A DNA stretch of 63,984 bases, filler included, from Alcyonidium flabelliforme (GCA_026167845.1; 10 parts of 10 records of this genome joined end to end with filler, not necessarily neighbours in it); one strand, 5' to 3'; numbered from the whole stretch's first letter, positions 10,076 to 20,330 are shown. Numbers and translations are program-made. The notes: a model not told the origin generated them from the letters alone.

Positions 10076-11630
10076 ATTTAGATATGTACTCCTCTAAATG
10101 AATAGCTTGAGATTTTATATCTTTAAGCTTATTAAAAACTGTAATAGGGTAAGGTACTTTTGTCATAAAAGAATTTTGCTCGCCTATTCTATTGAAAGAG
10201 TGTCCTACAAACCAAATTGTTTCATCAATAACTAGAAATCTATCATGTAACGTTGGTGTTTCTTGATCTAATACCAAGCAAGTTATATTAAAGCCGACAT
10301 TCTCATTATGAATATTTTCTATTTCAGCTTGTATGTCTTTAGCATCTTGTACACTATTAAAAGCGATCTTAGATGTCAGGATCGCAATATGTAAGCCTTT
10401 AACTCGAGCCTGGGTCGCAAATTGGGTAATCTGTAAATCGCTAAAATATGGATCATAAAATTCTATTTTACTATTTGCCTCATTGATTAGCCCACCAATC
10501 TTATTAAGGGCTTGCTGTCTATCTCCTTCCTCAAACCAGAATTGAGAAGCTTGAAGCTTCATTTTATCGCTATTTCTATTTGTTTGAGCTCTAATAACTC
10601 GATGAAAAACTTCATCTGGTTCGATGCTTCCAATTACTGTTTCCTGCTGACTATCGATTATTGAAGAACTATATTCATGAGTTGGAGAGGTTTTTTTACT
10701 GTTTTCACGAGTCCTAACATTAAGAGTCGATCCAACAATTTGTAAATTAGAATTTACTTGTCTTATATACGAAGTGGCAGGTCTAAACTCCAAGCAACCA
10801 TAGAGTTCATGAATCAAAAAGTATCCATGGGACTGATAAGGATTTTTATTCGGCAAAGCTATGATGCCATCGTCTGGTATATCAATCTGTTCAAAGTTTT
10901 TCAAAAGACCTAAGTGTGTTTCAAAGTTTATAAGTTTTAATTTTTCCAAGCTTTGGGAAGGGTAGGGGTTTAACTTCAGCAGACGTAACTCCTGTATTCC
11001 CTCCTTTTCTTGTGCTTGAAGAAGTCTGTCTTCAATAGATTTTACAATTGGATTTGGTAGAATAAGTACCATTCCTCCAATATATTCAGGATACTCCTTT
11101 AAATCTATAAATAGTCCTCGTTTGACAAAGTCTACCACTTGTGGGTGATCGATAATTTTAAGCAGGTTATCCTGTTTACCAAAACGACGATGTATACGAG
11201 CAGAGTTATAACCTAAAAAAGGGGTTGGGTTACCTATAAAGACATCGAGCATATTTTTATCTAATAAAGGTATACTGAAATCTCCCCAAGCAGTCTCATC
11301 TGTAAAGTCAGCTATTTGAATATTAGGGAATGTTGGTTCCTTATCCACTTCACCGAATTGCTCGTCAGCCTCAAGAACTATTAGATTATTGCCATTTGCG
11401 GTACGATACCATTCAATAGCATCGCTAGCTGATAAAATTACTTTGCGATAAAATGTACTTTTTGGTCCCTTTTTTAATTCACTTGAATAGGATTGATGGA
11501 AGTCTTTAGGAAGTAATCTAACGGTTGCAAAGATTAATCTGCTTTCAGCAGGTTCAGAATCATTAATTTTCACCATAGCTGTAACTAATCTAACTTCAGC
11601 TTTCTCATATAGACTAAATAGTTCAACCAT
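10062..11630 (-). CDS. 522-aa protein with C-terminal PLD-fold domain (resembles the VPA1262-like family)
   Basis: C-terminal IEFYDPYF...LHDRFLVIDETIWFVGHSFNRIG after a ~350-aa N-terminal domain. The family name is recalled, not searched. Confidence 0.65.
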   Translation of the reverse strand: MVELFSLYEKAEVRLVTAMVKINDSEPAESRLIFATVRLLPKDFHQSYSSELKKGPKSTFYRKVILSASDAIEWYRTANGNNLIVLEADEQFGEVDKEPTFPNIQIADFTDETAWGDFSIPLLDKNMLDVFIGNPTPFLGYNSARIHRRFGKQDNLLKIIDHPQVVDFVKRGLFIDLKEYPEYIGGMVLILPNPIVKSIEDRLLQAQEKEGIQELRLLKLNPYPSQSLEKLKLINFETHLGLLKNFEQIDIPDDGIIALPNKNPYQSHGYFLIHELYGCLEFRPATSYIRQVNSNLQIVGSTLNVRTRENSKKTSPTHEYSSSIIDSQQETVIGSIEPDEVFHRVIRAQTNRNSDKMKLQASQFWFEEGDRQQALNKIGGLINEANSKIEFYDPYFSDLQITQFATQARVKGLHIAILTSKIAFNSVQDAKDIQAEIENIHNENVGFNITCLVLDQETPTLHDRFLVIDETIWFVGHSFNRIGEQNSFMTKVPYPITVFNKLKDIKSQAIHLEEYISKYATA

Positions 11631-11788
11631 TTTTTTTGCCCTTATAATAATGTTAACTATTCTAAAACTGTTTATACCATAATAGTCAAACTAAAAATAC
11701 TACCTATATATGATAAAGCGTAGAATAGTAATTTAGAATAACAAACCCCAATTTTGACAACTCCACCTAAGTAAAATGCTAACTAGAG

Positions 11789-11834
11789 AAAGGTTGCTAA
11801 CACTATGCATAATACAGTGTTGGCAACCTTTTTT
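11789..11834 (+). terminator. Long hairpin / terminator-like element
   Basis: AAAGGTTGCTAACACT (11789-11804) pairs with AGTGTTGGCAACCTTT (11816-11831), ending in a T tract. Confidence 0.5.
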
Positions 11835-11948
11835 ACTTCTATCAAAATCAGTCATACCGTATATGAATTGATGATATCAATATCCTTATAACCGCATTAA
11901 TGAGGTAGTTGGCATCTGACAAATCTCAAGCCAGCCTATAAAATAATT

Positions 11949-12471
11949 GGGGCTGTCCTAGATAAATAAAATTATTTAGGATAGCACTATGAGAAAGAGT
12001 AAACTAAGTTGGTATAAACAAAACAGACTCATCGAGTTATTTGTTGCTGGTTCTACCGCGAGAACAGCAGCAAGCCTAATTGGTGTTAATAAAACGACAG
12101 CCAGTTATTACTTTCATAGGCTAAGACTGCTTATTTACGAGAATAGTCAAGACCCTGGTCTATTTGAAGGCGAAATCGAAGTAGACGAATCATACTTTGG
12201 TGGCACTCGTAAAGGCAAGCGAGGGCGAGGTGCCGGTAGCAAAGTGCCCGTGTTTGGCCTATTAAAGCGTAATGGCAAGGTCTACGCTTGTATTATACCC
12301 AATGCTAAAGCAGATACTTTGATCCCCATCATAAGAGAAAAAGTGAAGCCTGATAGCATTGTTTATACTGACTCATTTAAAAGCTATAACGCACTAGATG
12401 TCAGTGAGTTTACTCATTATCGTATCAACCACTCCAAAACCTTTGTTAATGACAAGAATCACATTAATGGT
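11949..12471 (+). mobile_element. IS1595-family (IS1016-group) insertion sequence, truncated at the contig end; transposase starts at 11989
   Basis: Left end GGGGCTGTCCTAGAT; transposase motifs EVDESYFGG.RKGKRGRG, VYTD and HING. Confidence 0.9.
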
Positions 12472-12571
12472 NNNNNNNNNNNNNNNNNNNNNNNNNNNNN
12501 NNNNNNNNNNNNNNNTTAATTAATTAANNNNNNNNNNNNNNNNNNNNNNNNNNNNNNNNNNNNNNNNNNNN
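12472..12571. other. Artificial contig linker; the same linker occurs at 21974, 30370, 37025, 42692, 47967, 52829, 57621 and 61840
   Basis: N-runs flanking TTAATTAATTAA (stops in all six frames), 100 nt each. Confidence 0.98.
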
Positions 12572-12760
12572 CCCATCCGTCGTCGGGTTAGCCCATCCGT
12601 CGTCGGTGTTAGCCCATCCGTCGTCGGGGTTAGCCCATCCGTCGTCGGGCTTAGCCCATCCGTCGTCGGGTTAGCCCATCCGTCGTCGGTGTTAGCCCAT
12701 CCGTCGTCGCCTTTAGCCCATCCGTCGTCGGGGTTAGATTTCTGTCGTCGGGACTAGCCC
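12572..12760. repeat. GC-rich minisatellite, ~8-9 copies of a 20-21 bp unit
   Basis: Unit CCCATCCGTCGTCG(G/GT/GG/GC)...TTAG repeated back to back with no unique spacers. Confidence 0.9.
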
Positions 12761-13291
12761 CTCCGGTTTAGTGCCTCTGTCGTTGGCGATAAGACCTCTG
12801 TCGTCGTCGATATTTATCCCCTCCACCATTGATCCTAGCCCCTCCATCATTGTTGCCTGTGTCGCTGATCGTTGGTCCTGACCCGCTCGTCGTCGACGAC
12901 GGTGCTATGGTGGTGTTAGTGGTGGTGGTATTTTTGCAAAACCTTGGTACAAGGATGTTGGGAGCGAAACGACTTAGTCATGTCCTATTATTATTATTAT
13001 TATTCATTGTCAACTGTTCCCCCGAACCATCGACCCCCTCCGGGGGTCGATGGTCCGGGGGGCGGCGGCGGCCGACAGGAGTGGCTGTTTAGTGGGTAGT
13101 TGGATGGTGCGCGATGGCACCCGCGTCTATTCGTTAGTGATTTATATAGTTTCTTTTTTTACTAGCAATTCATTGTAGATTTAACCGTTACCGCTGTGAA
13201 ATTGTGATAAAAGGAGTGATCACTTACTTCTAGAGATTAATTATTCAATCGAACGCGAGGAGAGACGACATAAAAGTTACCACGTACAATA

Positions 13292-13903
13292 ATGGAGGAA
13301 ATATTAGTAACAAAAGTAACGACTGCGTTTGTTTCTGATGATACAAAAGATGTGGAGAGTTCCTTTGGTGTATTAGTGCATTCACGAGAACACATTTCCG
13401 TCCCTGACGTGACAACTGTGCATTCGAGTGACAACTTATTGGTGTCTAAAGAGAACACAAAGGCGATGACAGAGACTGTCGACAGCGTCAAATCGGATAC
13501 CATTAGCACTCCTATTGACGAAAAGATTGTTAGCGACGATGAAGTGGACAGTCCGCTCGCAGACCTATTGATTGCTGGCAAAAGATCTTTTGACGGTGTA
13601 GGAGTGTTGTGTGATGCTATTTTGGCAAAAAACAAAACGCTCCGACAACGTAACGCTCGACGGAAGAGAATAGCGTCGGCTTTGGGTGGGTTATTTATGG
13701 CGATAGTGACACTGGCTATTGCTCTAAATAACTTCAACAACCATTGTATTCACGGTGACTGTGACAAGTTAACTGCAGAGATGCTACATAATGTCTCTCT
13801 TTCACATTCTAAAAACATTTCTTCATTCACTGTCTTCAATAAAAGTCAATCCGCTCACAATACGAAATGGATCGAAACAACCCAACAGTTGACGTACGAT
13901 TGA
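13292..13903 (+). CDS. Hypothetical Polinton-region protein with one predicted transmembrane helix
   Basis: 203-aa ORF; basic patch followed by IASALGGLFMAIVTLAIAL; same strand as the virion genes. Confidence 0.5.
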   Translation: MEEILVTKVTTAFVSDDTKDVESSFGVLVHSREHISVPDVTTVHSSDNLLVSKENTKAMTETVDSVKSDTISTPIDEKIVSDDEVDSPLADLLIAGKRSFDGVGVLCDAILAKNKTLRQRNARRKRIASALGGLFMAIVTLAIALNNFNNHCIHGDCDKLTAEMLHNVSLSHSKNISSFTVFNKSQSAHNTKWIETTQQLTYD

Positions 13904-14520
13904 CTTCTCCCTTCACAGCTCTCATAGCTGGACCAACTGGATCTGGAAAAACGCAACTTTTGTTTCGACTTATCAAACAAGCATCTGAAGTAGCTAGTCC
14001 TCCCCCTGTGGAGATTATCTACTGCTACGGAGTATGGCAAAAGGTATTCGATGATATAGAGGATGTTCGTTTTCACAAAGGAATGATTGACATTCACAAC
14101 GATTTGACACTCGATGGACAAAATCGTTGGCTTATTATAGACGATCTGATGGATGAAGTTGGCGGCAAAGAAGAGGCAAACACTCTCTACACAAAGTATA
14201 GTCATCATTACAACATTAGTGTTTTGTTTGTCGTTCAAAATCTATTCAAAAAGTCAACACGTACAATCTCCCTGAATAGTCATTACATTTTTCTCTTTAA
14301 AAACCCAAGAGACGGATCCTCCATAACAAACCTAGCGAAGCAAATATATCCGGGGAGGACAAAGATGTTGCAGGAGGTTTATGCTGACGCGACAAAAGAA
14401 CCATATTCGAGCCTGTTAATATCCCTTAAACAGACAACGGATGACAGAGTCCGTCTTCTCGCAAACTTCCCTCCAACGGAAAACCATCCTTTAATAGCGT
14501 ACAAAGCTACAGACTATTGA
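13867..14520 (+). CDS. A32/FtsK-like genome packaging ATPase (Polinton/adintovirus)
   Basis: Walker A GPTGSGKT, Walker B LIIDDLM, VVQNLF, RTISLNSHYIFLFKNPRD. Confidence 0.92.
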   Translation: MDRNNPTVDVRLTSPFTALIAGPTGSGKTQLLFRLIKQASEVASPPPVEIIYCYGVWQKVFDDIEDVRFHKGMIDIHNDLTLDGQNRWLIIDDLMDEVGGKEEANTLYTKYSHHYNISVLFVVQNLFKKSTRTISLNSHYIFLFKNPRDGSSITNLAKQIYPGRTKMLQEVYADATKEPYSSLLISLKQTTDDRVRLLANFPPTENHPLIAYKATDY

Positions 14521-14683
14521 ATGCTGAGACGGTTCGACAAAAAAGATATAACACATAATGTACGAATGTCAAAAGATCAGTTTGATATAATACGGCGAGA
14601 GTGCACGACCATTCTACAGGAAAAAAAGAGAGATTCCTTTAAAGAATACTCATTTTCTCTACACAACTTTCAACAAAAAAAAG

Positions 14684-15028
14684 ATGGTTTCTGAACGCGT
14701 TAGAAGAAATGCTCCAATAATTGTTGCTCTCAGTAACGCCAACGTACACTTGCAGAAGTTAACAATTAACCAGGCAAAGAAAGATCTGATTATGGCATTG
14801 GTGGAGTGCGCCAAGAACATTATATTAGGAAATGTAAAGCTGACAAACAGTCAGTATAATGCACTACGACAACATCGGACAGACATAAACAAGTTGGTGT
14901 TGAGCAAGACACTTATCAACGAAAGGAAGAGAATTCTTCAAAAGGGAGGTTTTCTACCTCTTCTCATAAAACCTCTTTTGTCATTATTTGGAGGACTACT
15001 CGGTGGTGGTGGACGAATCGGAACATGA
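14684..15028 (+). CDS. Conserved small Polinton virion/core protein
   Basis: ECAKNIILGNV and a C-terminal QKGG-FLPLLIKPLLSLFGGLL amphipathic helix after an adenain-type GG site. Confidence 0.65.
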   Translation: MVSERVRRNAPIIVALSNANVHLQKLTINQAKKDLIMALVECAKNIILGNVKLTNSQYNALRQHRTDINKLVLSKTLINERKRILQKGGFLPLLIKPLLSLFGGLLGGGGRIGT

Positions 15029-15801
15029 AGTTTGCACAAAAGTATATCTTAGTGGACGAAGACACGTACAACAGATCGTTGACCAACACGGAACGTAAGA
15101 CAGTTTCGTCGTCGCGTACATCACAGTTTGCAAAACCTTCATCTGTTCCTCCGATCGAAACCAGGAAAAACATGGAGAAGATTGATGACAATCCATTTAT
15201 GTCGGATGCCGACAAGGTACTCGCCCACGCGCAACTACACTTCAAATATATTAACGATCTGGCTAACTATCGAGGTGCGGCGAGTACAGCTACAAACAAA
15301 CGCAAACCTACAAGGTTACCTCTTGCTGATAAAGTCAAAAGGAGTAAGACTACTCCGTATGATGCAACATCATTTCCTCTCAAATCACAACCGAACACCA
15401 GCGATGAAGAAGAAGAAACCGATCTTCCTCTTATGAAGTATACCAAACCAACTGGACGGGTTGAATCAGATTTGCTTGTTCCTCAATCCGCTTATCGTAG
15501 AAAGGCGGAATCATTTGTAAAGAAAATGGAGTCAAACGGTTTTGTGATGGACAGAGAATCGGGAACCATTCAAAAAGGAAAGAAGATTTATACCTATCCA
15601 CATTCAGCCCAACTCATTGCCGATGCGGTTGGTGGAATAGGTGGAGTGCAAAAGGTTCGCTCAAACAGTGCTACCTGGAAATCGTTTAAAAGATCTCTTA
15701 CCGACAGTGGATTGTCAACAGTCCGAAAGGATTCTAAACCTACACCGAAAGCACTACGTTCGCGTACAATAACTGGAACAACAGAGTGGAAATCCTTGTA
15801 G
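15025..15801 (+). CDS. Hypothetical basic Polinton protein, 258 aa
   Basis: ORF overlaps the upstream gene (ATGA) and sits between the core-protein gene and the integrase. Confidence 0.55.
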   Translation: MKFAQKYILVDEDTYNRSLTNTERKTVSSSRTSQFAKPSSVPPIETRKNMEKIDDNPFMSDADKVLAHAQLHFKYINDLANYRGAASTATNKRKPTRLPLADKVKRSKTTPYDATSFPLKSQPNTSDEEEETDLPLMKYTKPTGRVESDLLVPQSAYRRKAESFVKKMESNGFVMDRESGTIQKGKKIYTYPHSAQLIADAVGGIGGVQKVRSNSATWKSFKRSLTDSGLSTVRKDSKPTPKALRSRTITGTTEWKSL

Positions 15802-15803
15802 CG

Positions 15804-16862
15804 ATGGATAAATTGAAAGACTTATATTATAGACCCTCGCTTTCATCTTCATTTGGAGGTGTTGGAAGATTAGCTACCAAAGCAAAATCTGAACTTAGAC
15901 TGAAAAATGATAAGGTACGAAACTGGTTAACCGGTCAGGATGCGTACACACTTCACAAACCCGCCAGAATACGTTTTCCCCGGAGACCTACAATTGTTTC
16001 GGGACCAGGAGATCAACTGCAAGCTGATCTTATGGATGTTCGGTCGCACTCGGATGAGAATGATGGAGTGTCCTACATACTCACAGCGGTGGATGTGTTT
16101 TCAAAGAAAGCATGGGGTATTCCCATAAAGTCAAAGTCTGGTGTAAACGTCCGCAATGCTCTCACAAAACTATTTGACGATACACATTTTAGAAAGATGC
16201 AGACGGATAAAGGAAAATAATTTTACAATTCGAATGTCAACTCGTTATTGAAAGAACGAAATATCAAACTATTTAGCACTGAGAATGAAACCGTCAAAGC
16301 TGCTATGGTCGAACGATTCAATCGTACAATTCGAGGGAAAATTCACAGATTCATTACTTTCAAGAACAACTTAAGATATATCGACGAGATGCAAAACTTT
16401 ATTGATGCCTACAACGATACAGTTCACACCTCTACGGGTGTGGCTCCCAATAAGGTGGACTCATCGAATATTGACAACATCTGGTATCGACTATATGAAA
16501 ATCCCTCCAATGGACAAAAACATAAACCAAAACTCTCTCCCGGGGATCATGTACGCATTAGTAAAGCCAGAGCAACGTTTGAGCGAGGATATACTCCCAA
16601 CTGGTCAACCGAAGTATTCCAGATCGTATCAGTGATACCTAATTCTCGTCCTGTTGTATACACTATCAAAGACTATTCCGGAGAAGAGGTTGCTGGAACT
16701 TTCTATGAAAAGGAACTTCAAAAGATTAAAGAACCAGACTCATATGTAATTGAAAGTGTTATTCGCTCTAGAAAGCGAAAGGGTATTAAAGAACTCTTGG
16801 TTAAGTGGAAGGGATATCCAGACTCATTTAATAGTTGGATTAAGGAAAGTGACTTTGTATAA
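15804..16862 (+). pseudogene. Retroviral-type (rve) integrase with C-terminal chromodomain, interrupted by one in-frame TAA at 16218-16220
   Basis: QADLMD, VDVFSK, QTDKGK*FYN, VERFNRT, and C-terminal LVKWKGYPDSFNSWI; both ORF-track pieces are in the same frame. Confidence 0.88.
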
Positions 16863-16983
16863 TTTTGTGTATTCAACTGTTATTTACTTTTTATGAAATA
16901 TAAGATATACATATATACATAAACTATCCCTCGTTCTTTGTGTTTCCATTTATTTTACAAAGTCTGGTGTTGACGGATATATC

Positions 16984-17808
16984 ATGTCGTCCTATGGTGA
17001 TTCTCTTTACGTTACTTTACCATCCAACGCTAGCTACGAAGAGTTTCCAGAAAATACAAACACTAAGTATCGAGTACGTCTCGATCATCCATTACTATTT
17101 GAGAGTAACGTGTGGGAGGCGGGATTGGTTGAGATGCAATACCGGCGAATGTGGGATAATGTTACTGAAGGAGTTGTACGAATCAGTAGATTGGCAAAAG
17201 CTTCTTTGGTAGAAGATTCTTCCAGTATAGCAGAGGCAAGATACGCTATGGCAGAGACTTCTAGCGAACTGTTAAACATTCGCAAAGGTCGTTATAAAAA
17301 CATTGGAGAGTTGGTAAAAGAACTTAATAAAGCCATAGAAAAATATGGAGACGAGATTATTTTTAGTTACGATCAAATTCAAAATGTCTCTCGTATCACA
17401 ATTCGTTCTGAAAACACACTTGTTGTACTTTCTGAGGATTTACACAACATACTTGGATTTACGACCAAAAAATGGTTCACAAAAGACGCTTCTGGCAAGA
17501 TGGAATACGACAGCGATGCTGATCCTGATATACATCAAGGATTTACCTCTTTGTTTGTCTATTGCAATCTAACACAACCTCGACCGGTTGGTGATAAGAT
17601 GGTTTCACTCCTAAGAACCGTTCCCGTACAAAGTTTCTCGAAGACAGCAACTTCTCGTGGAATTGAGTTTACAAATATACACTACCTCCCTGTCGCAAAT
17701 ACTAGTACGGATACGGTATTGGTAGATATAAGACGTGACAATGGTGAAAGCGTTCCATTCAGAGGAGGGAAGGTAATACTAACACTACACTTCAGACGGA
17801 AGAAATAG
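16984..17808 (+). CDS. Minor capsid protein (penton) of a Polinton/adintovirus
   Basis: YVTLPSNAS..FPENT, WEAGLVE, LFVYCNL, VGDKMVSLLR, LTLHFRR. Confidence 0.85.
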   Translation: MSSYGDSLYVTLPSNASYEEFPENTNTKYRVRLDHPLLFESNVWEAGLVEMQYRRMWDNVTEGVVRISRLAKASLVEDSSSIAEARYAMAETSSELLNIRKGRYKNIGELVKELNKAIEKYGDEIIFSYDQIQNVSRITIRSENTLVVLSEDLHNILGFTTKKWFTKDASGKMEYDSDADPDIHQGFTSLFVYCNLTQPRPVGDKMVSLLRTVPVQSFSKTATSRGIEFTNIHYLPVANTSTDTVLVDIRRDNGESVPFRGGKVILTLHFRRKK

Positions 17809-17818
17809 ATCACACACC

Positions 17819-18298
17819 ATGATTATACCTTATGATCCACAAAATTCCCGAGAGGCTTATCGACAATACTATTCCGCTCAACAGCGTGGAAATGGAATGT
17901 CGGTTTACTCGGGTAAAACGACGATGAAAGGACACGGAATTGGATCTATTTTCTCTGGTTTAGCTCGTTCCGTTCTTCCTATGCTTGGAAAGACTGTCGG
18001 TAAAACTCTCCTAAATGCAGGCGTTGGTACGGTGAAAAGTTTAGTTGGCGGAAAATCTTTTAAGGAGTCGATCAAATCTCAATTAAAACCGTTGGGATTT
18101 AACTTATTAGATGATGTGGGTACGATAATTGGTGGAGTAAAGAAATGGAGAACAAATAAAACAAAGGGACAAACTGTACAGGCTGTCACACGTAAACGAA
18201 AGGCACATCCACCTCGTCGCAATCCCATCAAAAAACCCATCAAGAAAAGAAAAGTAAAGAAATCTCCTCAATCAGGAGCTAACAATATTTTTTACTAG
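17819..18298 (+). CDS. Basic core protein (adenovirus pX-like, GasderminX-type of adintoviruses)
   Basis: YYSAQQRGNG...KGHGIGSIFSGLARSVLP and an Arg/Lys-rich tail; lies between penton and hexon. Confidence 0.65.
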   Translation: MIIPYDPQNSREAYRQYYSAQQRGNGMSVYSGKTTMKGHGIGSIFSGLARSVLPMLGKTVGKTLLNAGVGTVKSLVGGKSFKESIKSQLKPLGFNLLDDVGTIIGGVKKWRTNKTKGQTVQAVTRKRKAHPPRRNPIKKPIKKRKVKKSPQSGANNIFY

Positions 18299-18365
18299 CA
18301 TTCATTAGGTCACGATTGTCGAATTGAATCGCATTTACGAACTATCTATCGAAGAAGAAGGAACT

Positions 18366-19691
18366 ATGGCATCTAAAATTCATGAGGATTCCAGTGATAC
18401 ATTTCTGGATGCACTTGATCTATTTGCCACTCCGGCTACACATAGCTCTGTCTTAAGAGGTGAAACTGTGGAGGTTCCTCCAATTCGTGACAATCCTTAT
18501 GGAGATATCGAAATAGAAGTACCGGGTAGTGAAGAATACTATCTGGATCTTAACAATACCTTTTTACACGTGAAATGTAAGGTATTAAAAGCTAATGGAG
18601 ATGAATTGACTGCACATAATGATGGAGGTTTGGTCGTTTACCCTGGTGATAATATGTGTCACAGTCTTTTTCAATCGGTAACTGTCAAACTTAACAATCA
18701 AGATGTTGAATACGCACCAAACTATCCTCACAGAGCTTTTGTCGAGAACCTTCTCAACTACGACGAGCTCACCAAGAAGGGGCATCTCGCATCCGGTGGA
18801 TGGTATGAGGATGGTGGTCTTTGTCGCGATCACGCAGAAAGCGTAGCCGATGATATAGTCTCACGCAAACGGGATATTGGATTGAGCAGAGAGATGGACT
18901 TTTATACACGTCTACGGATGAGCATCTTCAACCAAGGGAGATATCTGTATGCTGGAATTCCGCTAAAACTACATTTGCGTCGCTCCGCAGCCTCGCTTTG
19001 TTTAATGGGTACTACTGACACTCCGTATACGAATGGGTGTAAAATTAACATCACATATTGCTCTTTGATGGTGCACAAAGTGAAGATCAATCCTGCAATT
19101 CATTCCGCTCACACCAGTCTTATGCTAGATGGAGGACGTATAAAGTATCCCATGGAACGCATCAAGACTCAGTTTCATGTCATTCCTCTTGGTGTGCAAA
19201 ACATTCGCATTAACGTCGAACAAAACGGACAGAAACCTAAACGTGTTGTGCTTGGTCTTATTGGACACGATTCAAAGAACGGCAAGTATACGAAAAATCC
19301 ATTTAATTTTGCACATCACAACTTGACAGGTGTCGAATTGCTCTTTGATGGTGTACCAGTGGCAAAGCGATTTGAACCTAACTTTGCTGACAAAGTGTAC
19401 GCTCGTTCCTTTATGAGTCTATTTGTCACATCTGGAAAGGCAAACGCTGACGAAAGTAACGGTATCAACTATAGAAACTATATTGAGGGACGGACACTCT
19501 TTGGATTTGATCTGACTGGAGATTTCTGCGATGATGGTGCTCACCTCCTCTCCAGCGGTTCTATGTCTATAGGACTTACGTTTAGTGCGGCAACAGCCGT
19601 AACAATCAGTGCATTTGTATATCAGCAAAAAGAAGAATTACTACAGATTGATATGAATAGCGATATGATCATGACTGGAGGATTGATGTGA
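18366..19691 (+). CDS. Major capsid protein (hexon, double jelly-roll) of a Polinton/adintovirus
   Basis: LDLF, YLDLNNTFLHVKCKV, HSLFQSV, YPHRAFVENLLNY, NPFNFAHHNL, LFGFDLT; likely ATG at 18366. Confidence 0.88.
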   Translation: MASKIHEDSSDTFLDALDLFATPATHSSVLRGETVEVPPIRDNPYGDIEIEVPGSEEYYLDLNNTFLHVKCKVLKANGDELTAHNDGGLVVYPGDNMCHSLFQSVTVKLNNQDVEYAPNYPHRAFVENLLNYDELTKKGHLASGGWYEDGGLCRDHAESVADDIVSRKRDIGLSREMDFYTRLRMSIFNQGRYLYAGIPLKLHLRRSAASLCLMGTTDTPYTNGCKINITYCSLMVHKVKINPAIHSAHTSLMLDGGRIKYPMERIKTQFHVIPLGVQNIRINVEQNGQKPKRVVLGLIGHDSKNGKYTKNPFNFAHHNLTGVELLFDGVPVAKRFEPNFADKVYARSFMSLFVTSGKANADESNGINYRNYIEGRTLFGFDLTGDFCDDGAHLLSSGSMSIGLTFSAATAVTISAFVYQQKEELLQIDMNSDMIMTGGLM

Positions 19692-19701
19692 AGACTTTGC
19701 A

Positions 19702-20244
19702 ATGGATACCAGAAACATTAACAATATATTAAGGAGAGATACGTTTTCACAGATTCTCTTTGAGGGAGTTTATCCAAGAGATGTATTTATAAAGCAATTT
19801 AGTAGTTTAGATGAGGGAATGTATGTATTTAACACTGACAATTCAAGTGGTAGTGGTAAACATTGGGAAGCGGTTTATCACGATGGAAATACTGTTTTTT
19901 ATTTTGACTCTTATGGACTATCTCCTGAAGAAATGCCTGATGTTATGAGTGTTCTACAGAGTAAACGACAAAAAATAGTGCACAACACTTTACAGCTTCA
20001 AGGTGTCACATCCACTACCTGTGGAGATTATTGTGTCCTTTTTTGTCTTTTGGTAGCTAGAGGGTGGAGTATGCAGCGATTTGTTTCTCGTCTAAATAGG
20101 ATTAGTACGCATGAAATACGCGACCATGCCGTTAGACAACTAATTGTGAAGCTCTATGGCAAAAAATCTATAAGTAGAATTAGTGAATTTGACAACAATG
20201 CTGTTCACCTTCAGTTTGCCATTCCCATTTGTACATATAAATGA
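19702..20244 (+). CDS. Adenain-like cysteine maturation protease
   Basis: NTD...GKHW, YFDSYG and LQ...TTCGDYC place the catalytic His, Asp and Cys. Confidence 0.9.
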   Translation: MDTRNINNILRRDTFSQILFEGVYPRDVFIKQFSSLDEGMYVFNTDNSSGSGKHWEAVYHDGNTVFYFDSYGLSPEEMPDVMSVLQSKRQKIVHNTLQLQGVTSTTCGDYCVLFCLLVARGWSMQRFVSRLNRISTHEIRDHAVRQLIVKLYGKKSISRISEFDNNAVHLQFAIPICTYK

Positions 20245-20330
20245 TATATATGTTATCTTTTTATATTTATTTGTATTGTGATGTACGTATATAAATAAAC
20301 TATACAGAGAATCAGATAAGATCTTATTGT

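Noticed and set aside
12472..12571. Recurrent TTAATTAATTAA motif, and any gene neighbourhood spanning it (e.g. IS next to Polinton, plasmid next to retrotransposon)
   Set aside because: Artificial linker; adjacency across linkers has no biological meaning.
12572..12760. Possible CRISPR array
   Set aside because: Units are contiguous with only 1-4 variable nucleotides; there are no unique spacers and no cas genes, and the context is a eukaryotic element.
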